Origin: Lama glama | Lineage: Eukaryota | Assembly: GCA_028534125.1 (NCBI GenBank) | Contig: CM052818.1 | Coordinates: 18,106,001-18,170,000, forward strand | DNA: 64,000 nt | Reading direction: 5' to 3' | In this document: piece by piece, positions 1 to 14,869 of the stretch | Numbering within the stretch: position 1 is the first letter of the stretch | Layout: each line of letters starts with the position of its first letter | Made by a program: the position numbers and the translations under genes | The notes under the pieces: generated by a model | Databases searched by the model: none | What the model was told of the DNA's origin: nothing | The model's input: only the letters and a program-made list of their open reading frames with translations

Positions 1-1159
1 TTATTTTCATTTTTATATTTTAAGGGGAAACTGTTGGAGATTTGATGGTTAGAATAGAAATGAAGTACAAAACATATTGCTTTTTTTTTTGTTTCCTTCC
101 CCACAGAGCTGGAGGGATGAATGTCTTTGCCTTCAGATCTGAAATTTGTATTCTTTACTATCTGGGAAGAAAATACAGGATAATGTCCATTTTGCTGCCT
201 TTTCTCTCATTTTGTTTATCCTTGCAAGTAGAATTTTGAAGAAAAATGAAACTCATTAATCTTTAGTAATTTATTTCTCCCCCGTTTAAGTCCTTTAAAA
301 GGCATATTACTATAAGTGACCTTGTATTTCTTTTAAAAATCTGAATTATTCTCGGTCCTTTTAAAGCTGAATCGGTCACTGAGCTTAGTTCAGTCTCATA
401 GGATTATTCCTCATCCTCCTTTCCACCTGTGCTCCAAGGAGAACTTCTGCATTTCTGGGAGACTCCCCACGTGGGAAGGAGGCAATGGGTCTGGAAGCCA
501 CAGATACCAAGGTTCACCTTCCTCATGGGATCTCTTGATAAGGACTTCTTATAGGACAAGTAACATCTCCTGTGCACGATGAGGTATGACTCTGTTAAGG
601 AAATCTGTGGTTTTCCTTACAACCACCATGTCAACTGCAAATTAAACCAGATGTTATCTTTTGTCAGTCTTAAACATCCAAGGATATTGGCAATGACTGA
701 GAATTAAGTTTTGAAAGGAAAAGAAGACCACTGATTTAAAATCAGAATAAAGCAAATAGGAATTGATAAGAATGTGGGAAGATGGCTGACCTGGGCTCTG
801 ACAGCCTCTTCAAGTCTCCTCTGACCTTTAGCCTGTGTATAACCTTGGCCCCGGTTAACCCAAACAAATAATGAGTTCCCTTAGTGAATTGCAAGGTCAG
901 GATACAATCCAATGTCTATCCCCTCAAACAGCCTTCCCATGTCATTCTTGACAATATTCATTTACTCATATCCTCCACCAGATAGAGTAATACCATATTG
1001 CCCCACTGTATTCTTTCCCTTCCTATTTGGCATTCCATAACATTCTGTTTGGAAATAATTATTTATATGTTTCCCCTTTCCTTCTTACTATCTAGAGGTT
1101 CTATCTATATTCTTTAGCAATCCATCCTCCAATAGACAGCTCATATGCCACAGAACAGG

Positions 1160-1326
1160 AATACTGACATTTTGTAGGGGGTCTGTCCTGCACTATAACA
1201 TGTTTAGCAGCATCTCTGGTCTCTACTCACTAGATGAAGCAACTGACCCATTGTTGTGATCATTAAAAAAAATAAAATAAAATGTCTCCAGAGCTTGGAG
1301 AAAACTGCCCTGGTTGAAAACCACTG
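1160..1326 (-). mobile_element. MER20 hAT-Charlie non-autonomous DNA transposon (partial)
   Basis: Reverse complement reads cagtggttttcaaccagggcagttt...atctagtgagtagagaccagagatgctgctaaacat..., matching the remembered MER20 consensus. Confidence 0.8.
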
Positions 1327-1409
1327 CCTTGGGGGAAGCCAATCTTCCTTCTAGCTCTCCTAGCTCCACTGATGGGACTAATTTTCTAAAAGTAAATCTC
1401 ATCACTTTG

Positions 1410-1750
1410 CCAGTGATTGTTTCAGGAAAGAGCATGCGATCACATTTGGGCCAGTAAGACCGGAGTTGAGGTCTACTGCATTTTTTCTGGGAAAGTTCTT
1501 TATTCCAAGAGAGGCTTTGAAGACAATCATCACTCTCGCCTTCTGAGCATCATTAGGTTAAGGTGGGATGGGGACTGCTGCAGCCACCTTGCTACTAGTC
1601 TGAGGACAAATATAATACACAGGGTAGAACAGCAGAGCTTCCCAAGAGACTCCTGGAGAAAAGCAGACAGAGCCACTGGGTTAAGTCTTCTGGGTATGTG
1701 AGAGAATCAATTTCCTAACTGCTTAAATTAGTTTCTGATGGGATTTCTCT
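1410..1750 (+). mobile_element. MaLR LTR fragment (MLT1J/K-like)
   Basis: Typical old MLT1 motifs: gggccagtaagac, gctgcagccaccttgc and tatgtgagagaatcaatttcct...gcttaaattagttt near the 3' end. Confidence 0.6.
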
Positions 1751-1849
1751 CCTTCCCTTCCTTTCTTGCCTTCCTTCCTTCTGTTCCTTCCTTCCCCTAT
1801 GTCTCACGGTAGACCTGGGATATAAATGGAGGGGTTGTGACACTAGCTC

Positions 1850-3210
<1,361 letters not shown>

Positions 3211-3984
3211 GTAAGGCTTACATTTCAAAAACATAATTCATTTTTCTGCTTTTTTGTACCTCAGATGCAGAGATTTTGATTAATTACAATTCTTGGTTCA
3301 TAATACATTATAATTATCTTTCTTTGCATGACCCTTTTTTACTTGATAGTTTATCTTTTGATTAATTTATATATTCTCTTATTTACATATAATATAGTGG
3401 ACACTTTGGAGCCCTCCATCCAGTGCAAGAACTAGAAAATCATCCATAACTTACATATTTTGATAGCTTCTTTTTTTTTATTCCTTATTATGTGGTCAAT
3501 ATGTTATCAATTCCTATGACTATTACAAATATAATTTAAAAGAATACATTTTCTGTGTTTACTGACTTTAGATTTTACATTTAGATTTTGAATTGAATTA
3601 ATTGTGTTATTCAAATGTTATTTATCTTACCTTAACTTTTTCTCTCCTTGAACTGTCACCAAGGAGAATGTTTAAAAATCTGTAATTACAATTTCTGGTT
3701 GATCTATCCCCCCATAATTTTGTCATTTGTCACTTTATCTTTGAGTGTGTCGGGGGGCTACATGTTTTATTTTGATTTATTATTCCAATTTTCCACTTAC
3801 AAGCATATATAGTAGATATATTCTGGTCTCTATCTATATAACAGATAATTTCCCTTTATCTAATTTTGTCAGAATTATTTCATTTCTGATTTGCTTGGTA
3901 TACCTTTTCCATTCTTACACTCTCCCACTTTCTAAGTATGTTCATATTCAACATGTTGCAGTATCTTTTACATTTATTAAAATT

Positions 3985-4140
3985 ATACAGTCCATAGTTC
4001 CCTTTACACAATTCAAAAATTCAAAAATCTCTGAAAACTGAGAGCTTTTTCATAACTTATTCAAGAGCAACACTGAGTGACCCTAACTCTACATGATGGC
4101 AAAACCAGACTTAAAGTGACAAGGGGATCTTTATTTCCAG
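3985..4140. mobile_element. TcMar-Tigger fragment (MER46C-like)
   Basis: aaaaatctctgaaaactgagagctttttcataac...ggcaaaaccagactt resembles the remembered MER46C consensus. Confidence 0.45.
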
Positions 4141-4421
4141 TAAGATATAGAAACATTTCTCCATACAGCTCTATGCTTCTCTTTCTCCTTTTTTTTTTTT
4201 GTGCTATTGTTGTTAAATGTTATGCATCTATGTAGATAACAAACCTAAAAATACATTGTTATAATTACTTTCTATAGTTTCATGTCTGTCAAAGCAGCTG
4301 AGAAAAGAAAGGAGAGCAAGGATATATTTATGGAGTTTGTTGTATTAACCTCACGTACCATGCCTGGTTCTCCTCGTTTGTTCCTGTGTCATTTCCTTCC
4401 TCCAATAGAACTGCAGTTCTT

Positions 4422-4552
4422 TTTTTTTTCAACTGAAGTACCATCAGTTGCAATGTGTCAATTTCTGGTGTACAGCACCAGTCATGCATATACATACATA
4501 TATTGGTTTTCATATTCTTTCTCATTAAAGTTACTACAAGATATTGAACATA
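4422..4552 (-). mobile_element. Young 5'-truncated L1 3' end (cetartiodactyl/camelid type) with 15-bp TSD
   Basis: Poly(T) followed by caactgaagta...atttctggtgtacagca...caagatattgaacata. Flanked by the direct repeat agaactgcagttctt at 4407-4421 and 4553-4567. Confidence 0.9.
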
Positions 4553-6619
4553 AGAACTGCAGTTCTTGATGTAAGCATCTATCAATCCCCATTCAGTTTC
4601 CATACTGATATGGGCTTGTTGCCTATGGCAGGAACTGGACTGCATTTGCTACTTTTCTCTCCCTTGATGGCTACCGTGCAGGTGATGATCTACTAGAGAG
4701 AAAAGGGCATGATTAGAAAACTATTTCTGGCAACCCCCAGTGTCCCCTTAGTCCTCTCCTGCTGTAGTCTGCTTTTTATTCTCAAATCCTTCTCTTGTTT
4801 TTCAGCCACATCCCAAACCCCCTTCCACAAACATATGTCCAGGGGCCAAATCAACTGATTCTGAGAGTGTTTAACAATGTTTTTATTTTATTTTGACAAA
4901 CTTGTTTTGAAGCACATTAACCTCCTTTTCCCTTTTATGGAAATTCTGAGATTCTAGGGAAGGAGGAAGTCTCTACTTGTTCTCCAACTGGTCTGGAACT
5001 AGATGTCAACTTTCTATTACTAGTATTTGAAGATATCTTTATTTGCTATTAATTAATTACGTCTCCCTTTCCTTCTAGTATTTGAGGGTAGGAGTCATTT
5101 CTTCTTTTTTTGTGTCCCCAGTGCCTGGACAGTATTGGACAGGCACACTGAGGACCTGATATGGGTTGAGTGTTGTGGCTTTTATGAAGGCTAATAACCT
5201 GGAACCCCAGCTGTCAGGAAGCTTAGTATTCAGCAGAGGTGAAGAGGGAGAGACATCTGGATTGGTCTTTTTAATTGATTCTCAATGCTACAGTAAATGA
5301 GTCCAATTTATCAAGGGTTAAACATATGAATTCTATCCAGAGTCTCAGAATGCCAGTAAATGGAAAAATGATCTATTACTTTCCAACATTATCCCATTGA
5401 TAAATGCAAAGCTAGCTTTTCAGCTGTGTATCAAACCCTTTTCTTCTGTCAGGTATTACTATACTTAAGTGCCTCCCAAAGCAATTGCATTTTTGTTTCT
5501 GCTTTTAATACCAGACCATTAATCCCAATGTTCTGTTTCGAGTAAGGTGATATGTGTGAACCCGGGCTTAGGAATTATGATAGCTGAAAGCCCACACTTA
5601 AAAAAGCAGATGCAAAATGGGATTTCATTTCTTTCTGGTATTAGGCTTTTAAGCGCCAGGAAAATAACAATCTACAGAGAAAAAATTTTCAATAAGAGCT
5701 GATATTTTAGCCACAATTCTCTCCAAATAAGCTGCGGATATGAATCTTGTTGGAGTAATGGTAGTTCCAAAAAGTGATTGTATAAAATTGATTTAAATCC
5801 TTTGACAGTATGTCTACACCTAAGCAAGTGATTGCTACAAAGCCAATGTGACTCTTCCTCGAAAATCACAATGCAGGACCTTACCCTGTAATGCTGTGGC
5901 TGCTCTTTGCCTAGCTAGCTTGGCAGCCCACTTGGATCAAGCCCATTTACTTGATGTATATGATGAGAAAAGTAAAGGTGACTGAGAGGCATGCACTTGG
6001 GATTGGTTGTCATTGAAATGGAAATATTTCTGCATTTATATGGAGAATGAAAACTTTTCTATCAGAAGTTCTCAGATTTTTGATGTTTCCTAAGATGAGC
6101 GAGGACCCCATATGGTAACACAGATCAAAGTCTCTCTTCTTGAGACGGGTAAATGGGACGCTAAGTTTCTTCATGGCCCAGAGCCTACCATGGATGACAC
6201 ACATGTTAACTTTCCTAACAAGGGAAGTGGGTATCATCCCTTTGTTCTAGGCAACGACATGGGGCCCAGGGAAGCAAGATCCCAGAGACAGTGTCACAGG
6301 TGAGATCTGATCCCAGACCTTGCTTTTCCTATTCATTGCTGACTCCTAAGTGATCCATAATTGAGAGAATGTCTTTGCTTTCAGTAAATTGATATATTAA
6401 AATCCCCAGCTACTAAACAACAAATTAAGTGATTCTTCATGGTGCCAAAGGATTTCCTAGGAGGTCCCTTTAAATAGCCAGCACATTGAAAATTCTAATG
6501 TTTAAAATATTAACATCAAAAATTTTAAACTATTCACCTTTAATTTGCACTCACCATTTCAATAATATTTTTCATTTATTGTGTATATATGAAGCATTTA
6601 TGTGTATGTACATATAATG

Positions 6620-6790
6620 CATTAATTCTGCACAATTCACCTGTAAGGTGGGTCCTATTTTAGCCTTATTTTATAATCAAGGAAACTGGAGCACAGAAAA
6701 TAAATTAAGTCTCCTTAGGTCATCTACCCTAAAGATGTGAAGGTAGGATTTGAACTCCAGTTGTCTGAGCCCTGAGCTCATGCTCAAAGG
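6620..6790 (-). mobile_element. MIR SINE
   Basis: Core motif aaggaaactggagcacaga and ggatttgaactccagttgtctga. Confidence 0.7.
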
Positions 6791-8644
6791 TAAGACACTA
6801 TATCCCTGTTGGGTAGAACATTTCCTCAACCTGTGCTGTGATACCATGACAGTCCGGAACTTCATTCTTCTGATAAATCATTTTACTGGTGGGTCATGCT
6901 GAATTTAATTTCAGACAGCTGCTGATTAATTGTCATTTGTCCATCACTTTATTGAATGAGGATGTGGAGAACCACAGAATGGATACAGTCATTGCCCTTG
7001 CGGAAATTTTAATCTATTGGAGGAGATCTCTTGAATTCTATCAGTGTATCCTAAATATGGACACTTATCTACTGAATTTCAGTATTGCTTTATGTTCATC
7101 ATTTAAAAATTGTTTCATTTGAAATATCACCTGCAATGGTTTATGTATTTTTTAAGCTATCCTACGCCAGAAATCTGTTTTTGCAGTCATAACTCCTATT
7201 TTAACTAGCTTGGCTTTTTTTTTTTTCTTTCAAGTTTCAGCATTTGGAAGGTCTGCAATATTCCTGTTTCATTTCACACCTTTTTAGAACTTTCAAGGGA
7301 GGGCAATCTCCATTGCACAAGAATTCTAAATTAACTTTAAAATCATGTTGCTATATTCTCCCAAATATTCAGAATTAAGTAAATTGAATTGGGAAGAAAT
7401 CACACTTTCAGTATTTGTTTAACCTTTCCACCTAGGTATATGCTTTTATGTCCATTCATTCGAGTTTATTTTTAAACCTATCAATAATACTTGATGTTTT
7501 CTTCCTCAAATTTTCTCATTAAAATATTACTGAGACAATTTTTTCAAGTTTGAGAACTGAAATATTGATTTATTATATTTTTGAAATTATTCATTTTGTA
7601 TTATTATGCTGTATTTCACCAATTTTCTCAATTTTTAGTAATCTTTCCCCTTAAGCTTTTGTGTATTCTTTTTTTTCCTCCTATAAACACCTTTATTACA
7701 TACGTTTTTAAACACTCCTCTAAATGTATCAGAGTGTTTCTTTTAAGTCATGAAGAAATTGGCCCTCCAAACAGCTCAGCCATACCACTGGATTTCCCAG
7801 TATCTCAGGCTGGCTCAGTAAGTTTAGGAAGTGGCCACCAGAACACAGAGCCTAGGATACATTTATTTCCCCTGTTCCTCTTTCTGCTATTTCACTAGGG
7901 GGAAAACAAAAAACAAAACCAAAAACTTGCTAAAAGATTTTTTTTTACCATAATTAGGTATAAATTTGAAATTTATAGAGAGAATGGAGTGCAAGAAAGT
8001 TGTTGCCTTGGAGGCTTCTGGAGGCTTCAAAGTTGCTGTTATCTTCTCTCCACAGGCCTGGAGGATGGTTCCCAGAGGATCCGCACCACATGTTTGGTCC
8101 TGCACTGCCTACACTGCTTTTCTGAGCCATCAGGCAGTGAAGCATTCCCAGCCAAGCTTCCCAAAGTACAGACTGCTTCCGATGCTGCTGGTGGCCGTTC
8201 CTCTCTCTAGGGAAGCCCATGAGTGGGTGCAGGGAATTCTGCTGCTTTGTCTTCCTAAAAGAAGTATCTCTAAAACTTGCAATGTGATTTTGAAATGCTG
8301 ATGTAAATATCAAAGAACTTTAAAGTTGTAGGGCATTAATACCTGCAGGGACTCGATGCTCCCTAATCCTGCTGCCACCAGACTTCATCATTTCATGCTT
8401 GGACTCTGGTGATAGGACTTGGGTTGTTCTTTCTTTTTCCCACAATGCCTTGCTCCAGAACGGGGGGTGAGGTGAGGTGGGGTGGGGCTCTCAATCGGAT
8501 AAATGACCTTCAACCTACAATTTTCAGCCTGCATCCTTTAGCACAAATGTTTTCAGGTTCCCTATTATATGTAGAATAAAATCCAAACTCTTCACCATGG
8601 CATGTAACTCCTGGAAGTTCCCTCTGGGAATGTTTACTCCAGCA

Positions 8645-8850
8645 CAGTGGTTCTCAGCAGGGAGGGTCTGGGGAGGGCAATTTTACCCACAAGGGCACAT
8701 CTGGTTGTCACAGCTTGCAGGGAGGGAAGTTACTGGCATTCACTTGGCAGAGATTAAGGAGCTGCTAAACATCCTGCAATACCCAAGACAACTCCCCACA
8801 CAACAAACTGCAGAATCCAACATCAACAGTGCTAAAATTCGGGAACCCTG
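8645..8850 (+). mobile_element. MER20 hAT-Charlie DNA transposon
   Basis: Termini cagtggttctc...gggaaccctg; internal ggttgtcacagc and gctgctaaacatcctgcaat; degenerate 8-bp flanks ctccagca/ctctagat. Confidence 0.85.
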
Positions 8851-10002
8851 CTCTAGATAAACAGGGCTGGGAGTTGTTCGTGGAGTGTTCCCTGCACATA
8901 CTCCCTCCCAGACAACCTCTACCTTCCACCTTTAATTCCTAAGCATAACTCTGGCCTTGCCTCCTACCGACTCCCTGAAGCTTTTCCCAATGCTCCCTCC
9001 CTCCTCTGAAGTTTTATACTGTGGATTGGTCCCATTCTTATGTTACTTTTTATAAATTTTTTATTTCCCCAATTGTATCATTCATTTCTGAAGTATAAGG
9101 AACCTATCTCATATCCCCCACAGTGCTTATCACAGGGCTGCACACATTATATGTGCTAAAACATATTTGTTGTTTGACTGGACACGAGGAAAACAGTTCC
9201 CTGTGACAGTGGCTTCCCTTTATAGCCATGTCACTATACTTATTCCACTTACTGTATAATTTGATTACTGCTACTGCAGTCATTGAATTTCTAATCTGTA
9301 GATTCAAGCACAGTTCCTTTGTTATAAGACACTGACAGTTTTACCAGGCCTGCAGCTCAAGGAAGTGTAATGGAATATTGGTGATCAGGTATGGCCCTGT
9401 CTCCCTCAGTCACGCCTGTTGGCCTGCTATTATCCTAAATGAGTGGCCATGTGGAACAAATCGCTAACGTGAAGGACAAGGCAGAATTACCGGGAAGAAT
9501 AGCATGAAATGGTAGGTGTTTTATTTAATCTAGAACAATACGGAAATGTTTCATCTGATGCCAGCCTGCTGTTTTAAACAACCTCAGCCTCATTATTTAG
9601 AACCACTAGCGTTAACGTGTCTTTGCAGTGGAGAGCTTGCTGAGTAGACTCAAAGAACACATTGGTGAGATGGCTTCTGTCCTGGTCTCTGCCTCTCATA
9701 CAGATAAATGGTTCAGCTTAATTTACCAAGCATGTACGGAGCATCTCCTCCACAGAATGCACATAGGGACAGTGCCTGGCATTATGGCCATTATGAAGAT
9801 GCCCTCAGAGAACTCACAATGAGACGGGAATGAAAGGTAAAAGAGGATGAATGATACTAAAATGGAATTCTGTGGGCGCTCCAGGGATAGAGTAACCAGG
9901 TTTAGCAAGTGGATAAGGTGTCAGTTTTAAGACCTCTCACGAAGGAAAAGTGAGTGTTTTGTTTTGTTTTTAATACCCTTTTAATTTGTTGTTGTTGTTG
10001 AG

Positions 10003-10489
10003 GTATATTAGTTTTCTACATCATGACTAATTACCACAAACTTAGTGGCTTCAAACAACATGAATGTATCCCCTACAATTCTGTAAGTCAGGAAGCTAAC
10101 ATGGGTCTCACTGGTTTAAAATAAAGCCATCATTGGGGCTACGTTCCTTTCTGGAAGTTCCAGGGAAGAATCTGTTTCCTTGACTTCTCCAGATTCTAAG
10201 ATGCCCACATTCTTTGGCTCATAGACACTTTCCTCCATTTTCAAAGCCAGCAGGGATGGGTTGAGCCCTTCTTATGCTTCAGGGTTCTAACCCACTCTTC
10301 TCATCCTTGTCAACTTTTAAGGACTCAAGTATAGATCAGGTTCACTTAAATAGTCCAGGATAATCTCCCCACCTCAATAGCCTTAATTACTTCCGCAAAA
10401 ATCCCTTTTGTCAAATAAGAAACACATTCACAAATCCCAGGGATTAAATTGTGGACATCTTGGTGGGGGTTATTTTTCTCTTTACTACA
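10003..10489 (-). mobile_element. MLT1D-like MaLR solo LTR inserted in an L1M 3' end
   Basis: taattaccacaaacttagtggcttcaaacaaca...ccaggataatctcccc...gggattaaattgtggacatctt...tactaca. The host L1 end (ttgaggtat | aagacttacagtagattgcac) is split by it. Confidence 0.85.
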
Positions 10490-11990
10490 TAAGACTTACA
10501 GTAGATTGCACAAATCCTAAGTATACAACTTGATGAATCATTATGTGTCTACACCTTTATAAACCAGCACTAGGAAAAGATGTAGCATACTTTCAACCTT
10601 CCCATTTTCTGAAACTTCTAAGTCATCCCTCCTTGTCCATATGCTTATCCAAAGATAATCACTCCTTGACATATATCACCATTGATTAGTTTTGCCTGTT
10701 TTTAAACTTCATATAAGTGAATGTACTAACTTTTGTGTTGGGTTTCTTTTTCTCAGTACTTTATCTGTGAAGTTAATTCATGTTCATACAACCGCAACAA
10801 TAATTTATCTTTTGGATTTCAGGGTATTATTCCATTGTGTACGTATATCATATTTACCTGTTCTCTCACTGACAGGCACTTAGGTTGTTTATAGTCTCGG
10901 GCTACTGTGAATATCATGAACCTTCTTTTGCATGTCTGTTGGTTCATATGTATACATATGTTCAGATGCCACTGAAGAATTTCCAAAGCAGTTGTAACAA
11001 CTTACACTCCCACCAGCATCAATATGTTTCAGTTGTTTGCATCCTCACTGACAAATTAGGTTATCGGACTTCTCGATTTGGGGGCTTCAGGTAGATTTAT
11101 AGTGGTATCTCATTGTGGCGGGTTTTAATTTGCATTTTCTTGATGACTAGTGATGTGGAGCACCTTTTCTTATGCTAAGTAACTATTTGCATATTGCCTT
11201 CAAGTCTTTTGACTGTTTAACTTTTAGCTTGGTCATCTGTCATTTAAAAAAAAAATAACGTGTAGACGTTCTTTATATACTGTGAAAAGAGGTCTTTGTC
11301 AGATATATGCATTGCAGTATATTTTCCATCTGTGCCTACATATTCATTTTTGCTGATCACTTTTGGTAGACGAAAATTCTTCATTTTAATAAAGGTCATT
11401 TTATTTATTTATTATTTCTATTTTATTTATTTATCATAATCTGCATTTTATTGGACTTGACATTTTTCTGTGTGTGGAGGAATGAATATTTAGAATGTAT
11501 AAGTTGAATGCCAAGTTATTATTTCCTGTATTGAATTAAACAGATTACTCATTTTAAATCATCTGCTCTCTGTTGTTTACACTAGGATATGTGTTGTTTT
11601 TTTATAACTGTAGTAATGAAGACCACTTTAGCCATCTTTATATGGTTAATGTTTGTGAGTTATATTTTTAAAATAGTCACCTACTTGAAGGACATAAAGA
11701 TTCTCCTGTGTCATCTCCTAGGTGCTTTATTTCCTTGCCTTTCACACTTAGATCTATAGTTCATCTCAAATTACATTTTTCTATGGTGTGAGGTAGGCAT
11801 CAGATTACATTTGTTTTGCATATGAACATCCATGTAACTCAGCACCGTTTACTGAAATTACCATCCTTTTCCCCTTGAAATGACAACTTTGCTTTAAATC
11901 AGATGACTGCAGATATGTGGGTACATTCTGGACTTTCTATTCTGTTTCGTCAGTCTATTTGCCTACGCTCTTGTCAATATATCACATGGG
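10490..11990 (-). mobile_element. Old L1 (L1MC/ME-like) 3' region, antisense
   Basis: ttacactcccaccagca, gtggtatctcattgtgg...ttaatttgcattttcttgatgactagtgatgtggagcacctttt and later L1 antisense hallmarks. Confidence 0.85.
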
Positions 11991-12369
11991 TACTAGGAAC
12001 AAGAATGGAATCGTCATGTAGTGAATTTTCACCAATAGTACTTTCACTGGTTAGAAGAACCAACACGTTTTTATGATAACTATTATAATGATTCTACCCC
12101 ATGCTAAGGAGAGCTTATGCATCAATATTTACATTGTAAGTTCCTTGAGGAAAGCAATTTTGTTGCCTGTTTTGTAATTGCCCATTTTATACCCAGTAGA
12201 CAATCAATAATTATTGATTCTATCAAACTGTGAAGTTTCTCAAGTAATAGATAAATAAGAATAATGTCATTAGAGTATTTAAAAGGCTGGAAGCTTGTTG
12301 AGAAACATCTATTAATAGTTAAACACATTTTAAGTAAACCAAACAGAAATTCTCTGACTAGACTCAAAG

Positions 12370-12560
12370 ACTGAGACTCAGGAAACCTGGGACAGAGTCT
12401 TGGTATTTCAGGTAAAGTTATTCTACATAGTGCCAGGCAAGTCACTTAGCATTTTGTGTTCTATTGACCTATCTGTAAAAAGAGAAAAATAAAAGTATTA
12501 TAACAATACTACAATCTTATAGGACTATGTGAGACTGAATTTTAAAAATCTTGAAGAAGA
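12370..12560 (+). mobile_element. MIR SINE (degenerate)
   Basis: ggcaagtcacttagc...atctgtaaaa...cttataggactatgtgagact. Confidence 0.6.
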
Positions 12561-14214
12561 AAAGCTTGCTATAAAAATACAGTTTAGCTAAGATGCCATT
12601 TAAATATATATACTCATATACAATTCATCATAAGTCTACATTTCTACAGGAAAATTATTATTGATATATTTAGTGAAGATTCTAAGACCCTCCAAGATAC
12701 TAAAGAACATTTAAGTTACCAACAGGAGAAAAAATTAATCTTAAAACAGATTTAGAGTTCACTGTGTTATAGTCTTTAAGAGAAAACTGATCTTCAAGTT
12801 ATATTATGCATATATCCAGCAACTCTCTATCAATTAGAGCTCTCCCTTCATTCATTTGGCCAGAGAAATGAATGTGTATAATAGTCACAAATGCTTAGTT
12901 AAATTGTTGAGTCTTTCTTTGGACTTGTCCAGTTTAATTGATTATGCCCATGAATTCAGAATCAAAGGTGGTTAGAAAAGATACAATCTAAAGAACACTT
13001 ATGTGAATTCCTTTACTCTTTCTTTCCCAGGAAAAGGAACAATTTTTACAAGGAAAAAATTGCCAAAGTACATGCCTTTCTTATGTTCGATCTTTTAATT
13101 TATTGATAATGTTATTTTTCCTCACCACACTGCGTCTAGCCCGTATTTGGTGCTCAGTAAATGTGTGAATGAATGCAAAATTTCTCCTTTCTCTGTGCTC
13201 CCAAGGTTCTGTACAGTATGAGCTGCTTCTCTTATTATGATCATTTATTTACATGCTCTTCCCTCCTGGGATGTAAAGTCCTTGAGAGTGGAAACTCTTT
13301 TAATCATCTGGTTTCCGCAGTGCCTGACACCCGCTTAGATTCTTAGCGTAAGTCTCTCCGCTTATGCTGAGAGGCTTCTCACAATAACCTCATGGTGATT
13401 AGGGGAAAACATGACCTCCTTTAAGGCTTTGACACAGACTATCTAGGGCCAAGTGGGAAAGTATTCATGAGCACACTGTGTTGGCCAGTGCGTGTGTACA
13501 CACAGGTGAAAAGGGAATTGACAGGAGAGGGAATTCCCCCACAAAGGTAGGAAAACTAGGAAGAAATCAGCTCTGTACAGAAAGACTGTCAGCTTCCCAT
13601 CAATTGACTCCAATCTCACTGGATGTGAGTTCTGAACTAAACAAGTATTTATAGACATGCGACAGGCAACATGGGCTGTCTCTGCCATGGTAATGAATTC
13701 ATATCTTTTATGTGTCCCATCCATTAGGATGGATTAACTAGCCACTTGTCTAGCCAAACTGGTCTGGACATTTGTTCTCATCTTAACATTGGCCAAAATG
13801 CTGATGTTGTGCCTCTGCAGATGCAACCTGCCAGCGAGATGGCACTGTGGCTTAAAGGACTATGCTATACAGGTGACTCTGCTTGATGGGAAAGATGCAT
13901 CCCTACCCCGTGTTGCTGACTTGCAGGAAAGGTGGAAAAATACCAGTTGAAATAAAAATAAAGTGAGAGGGCTGAATAATTTTTTTAAGTGGTCTTTTTC
14001 TTTAGACACCACTAAACATGGCTTAATTAACAGCAGCTGGGCAGGACCAAGTGGGATGAACTTGGATCCCTGGGATGATTCAGTGCTTTGCATGCTCACT
14101 GGGTGTCCACTTAAGACCAGAGCCTGGTGTCCAAAGGATGGAACACTGGTGTTTCAAGCAAGAGGGCGTTGACATTAACGTTTGCTGATGGCAGTGGAGG
14201 TACAGAAAACAGAG

Positions 14215-14445
14215 CTAGCCCGCTTATTAAGCACTTGTTCTATGCTACGTACTCTATACATTATTTGAGGTAACCATCATAACAACTTTTCGAAAAGCAA
14301 TATTATTATTTCTCCAATATAAATAGTAAAACTGAAGTTCAAAGAAATGAAATAATTATTTCAAGGCCATAGTGTTGGAAAGAGATACAGAAATATTTAA
14401 ACCAGGTACACCTGACACCCCAGCCCCATGCTTACTTATATCACT
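14215..14445 (-). mobile_element. MIR SINE
   Basis: ttattaagcacttgttctatgc...tattattatttctcc...aaactgaagttcaaaga...atttaaaccagg. Confidence 0.65.
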
Positions 14446-14503
14446 GTACTATTCTGAGTCTTGGAGTGAACTGAAAAATAGGGGATCTTTTAGAAATTTA
14501 GAT

Positions 14504-14775
14504 CAGTGCTGCCCATTCAATGACTACTGGACACATATGACAACTGGGCACTGGAAATATGGTTAGTGAAAATTGGTATGTGCTGTAAGTGTAAAATCCA
14601 CATCTGATGTCAAACAGCATGAAAATAATAATTGGATATATTGGATAAAATAACATATTATCAAAGTTATTTTACCTGTTTCTTGTTAACTTGCCAAGAT
14701 ACCTACTAGAGAATTTAACAGTACACGTGTGACCCACATTTGAGGCTCGTATTATATTTCTATTGGGCAGCACTG
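14504..14775. mobile_element. MER33-like hAT-Charlie element with intact TIRs
   Basis: Perfect 12-bp terminal inverted repeats cagtgctgccca (14504-14515) / tgggcagcactg (14764-14775); internal tgtgctgtaagtgtaaaat. Confidence 0.8.
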
Positions 14776-14869
14776 AAATCACTGAAGCCTCTTGGAGTTT
14801 GCTGACAACCACACTGGGTGCAAGGACAGTGCACTTTTCCTTTTATTTCCACTGGATGGAAATAAAGCA

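Noticed and set aside
80..240. Strong plus-strand acceptors at ~105, ~8055 and ~13030, and an exon-like segment at 6251-6299
   Set aside because: No convincing partner donor or recognisable peptide; isolated splice-like motifs are expected by chance in 64 kb.
13341..13373. 12-bp hairpin tcttagcgtaag/cttatgctgaga
   Set aside because: It needs two G-U pairs, and stems of this length occur by chance.
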